In this document: positions 62,940 to 64,000 of the stretch, one piece after another
Position numbering within the stretch: the first letter of the stretch is position 1
Layout: every line of letters begins with the position of its first letter
Position numbers and translations under genes: made by a program
From: Macrostomum lignano
Taxonomy: Eukaryota
Assembly (NCBI GenBank): GCA_002269645.1
Contig: NIVC01001967.1
Span: 1 to 64,000 of the forward strand
DNA: 64,000 nt
Direction: 5' to 3'
The notes under the pieces: generated by a model
Told to the model about the DNA's origin: nothing
What the model saw: the letters and a program-made list of their open reading frames with translations, nothing else
Databases searched by the model: none

Positions 62940-64000
62940 AGAGAGTCAGGAGTGTCGTGTCAGGAGAGCTGACTACAGAGTCAGGAGTGTCGTGTCAGGA
63001 GAGCTAACTACAGAGTCAGGAGTGTCGTGTCAGGAGAGCTGACTACAGAGTCAGGAGTTTAATGTCAGGAGAGCTGACTACAGAGTCAGGAGTTTAGTGT
63101 CAGGAGAGCTGACTACAGAGTCAGGAGTGTCGTGTCAGGAGAGCTGACTACAGAGAGTCAGAAGCATAGTTTCAGGAGAGCTGACTATAGAGAGTCAGGA
63201 GTATAGTGTCAGGAGAGCTGACTATAGAGAGTCAGGAGTATAGTGTCAGGAGAGCTGACTACAGAGAGTCAGGAGCATAGTGTCAGGAGAGCTGACTATA
63301 GAGAGTCAGGAGTATAGTTTCAGGAGAGCTGACTATAGAGAGTCAGGAGTATAGTGTCAGGAGAGCTGACTATAGAGAGTCAGGAGTATAGTGTCAGGAG
63401 AGCTGACTACAGAGAGTCAGGAGCATAGTGTCAGGAGAGCTGACTATAGAGAGTCAGGAGTATAGTTTCAGGAGAGCTGACTATAGAGAGTCAGGAGCAT
63501 AGTTTCAGGAGAGCTGACTATAGAGAGTCAGGAGTATAGTGTCAGGAGAGCTGACTATAGAGAGTCAGGAGCATAGTTTCAGGAGAGCTGACTATAGAGA
63601 GTCAGGAGCATAGTTTCAGGAGAGCTGACTATAGAGAGTCAGGAGCATAGTGTCAGGAGAGCTGACTATAGAGAGTCAGGAGCATAGTTTCAGGAGAGCT
63701 GACTATAGAGAGTCAGGAGCATAGTGTCAGGAGAGCTGACTATAGAGAGTCAGGAGTATAGTTTCAGGAGAGCTGACTATAGAGAGTCAGGAGTATAGTT
63801 TCAGGAGAGCTGACTATAGAGAGTCAGGAGCATAGTGTCAGGAGAGCTGACTATAGAGAGTCAGGAGTATAGTTTCAGGAGAGCTGACTATAGAGAGTCA
63901 GGAGTATAGTTTCAGGAGAGCTGACTATAGAGAGTCAGGAGTATAGTTTCAGGAGAGCTGACTATAGAGAGTCAGGAGCATAGTTTCAGGAGAGCTGACT
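62940..64000. repeat. 35-37-bp minisatellite (gagagtcaggagtatagtgtcaggagagctgactata) in the LIM gene intron
   Basis: Tandem units extending to the window edge. Confidence 0.97.

Overview
Eukaryotic (animal) genomic DNA with spliceosomal introns, GC-rich exons and minisatellite-filled introns. The style resembles a free-living flatworm such as Macrostomum, but this is inference only. Host genes: GT61-family glycosyltransferase, RPIA, RPL38, UTP11, an orphan multi-pass membrane protein, VPS72, AK6, BORCS7, PIBF1, a CUSTOS-like gene, an ODAD1/CCDC63-family gene and the first exon of a LIM-homeobox gene. Mobile DNA: a very young full-length Ty3/Gypsy LTR retrotransposon (5825-14901, minus strand, CTGG TSD), a solo LTR, two tRNA-derived SINE families (one with a CORE-like domain), a mariner fossil, a foldback element with a 9-bp TSD, and nested CCC...GGG elements with 3-bp TSDs. 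The most unusual feature is in the Gypsy element. Its 5' LTR is followed by a tandem array of three tRNA-Leu primer-binding sites separated by identical 66-bp spacers, each ending like an LTR (ATAACA). The 3' LTR and TSD imply that the middle PBS primed this copy. Many frameshifts here are repaired by adding one base and are probably assembly errors. All exon and family calls were made by eye, without database searches.
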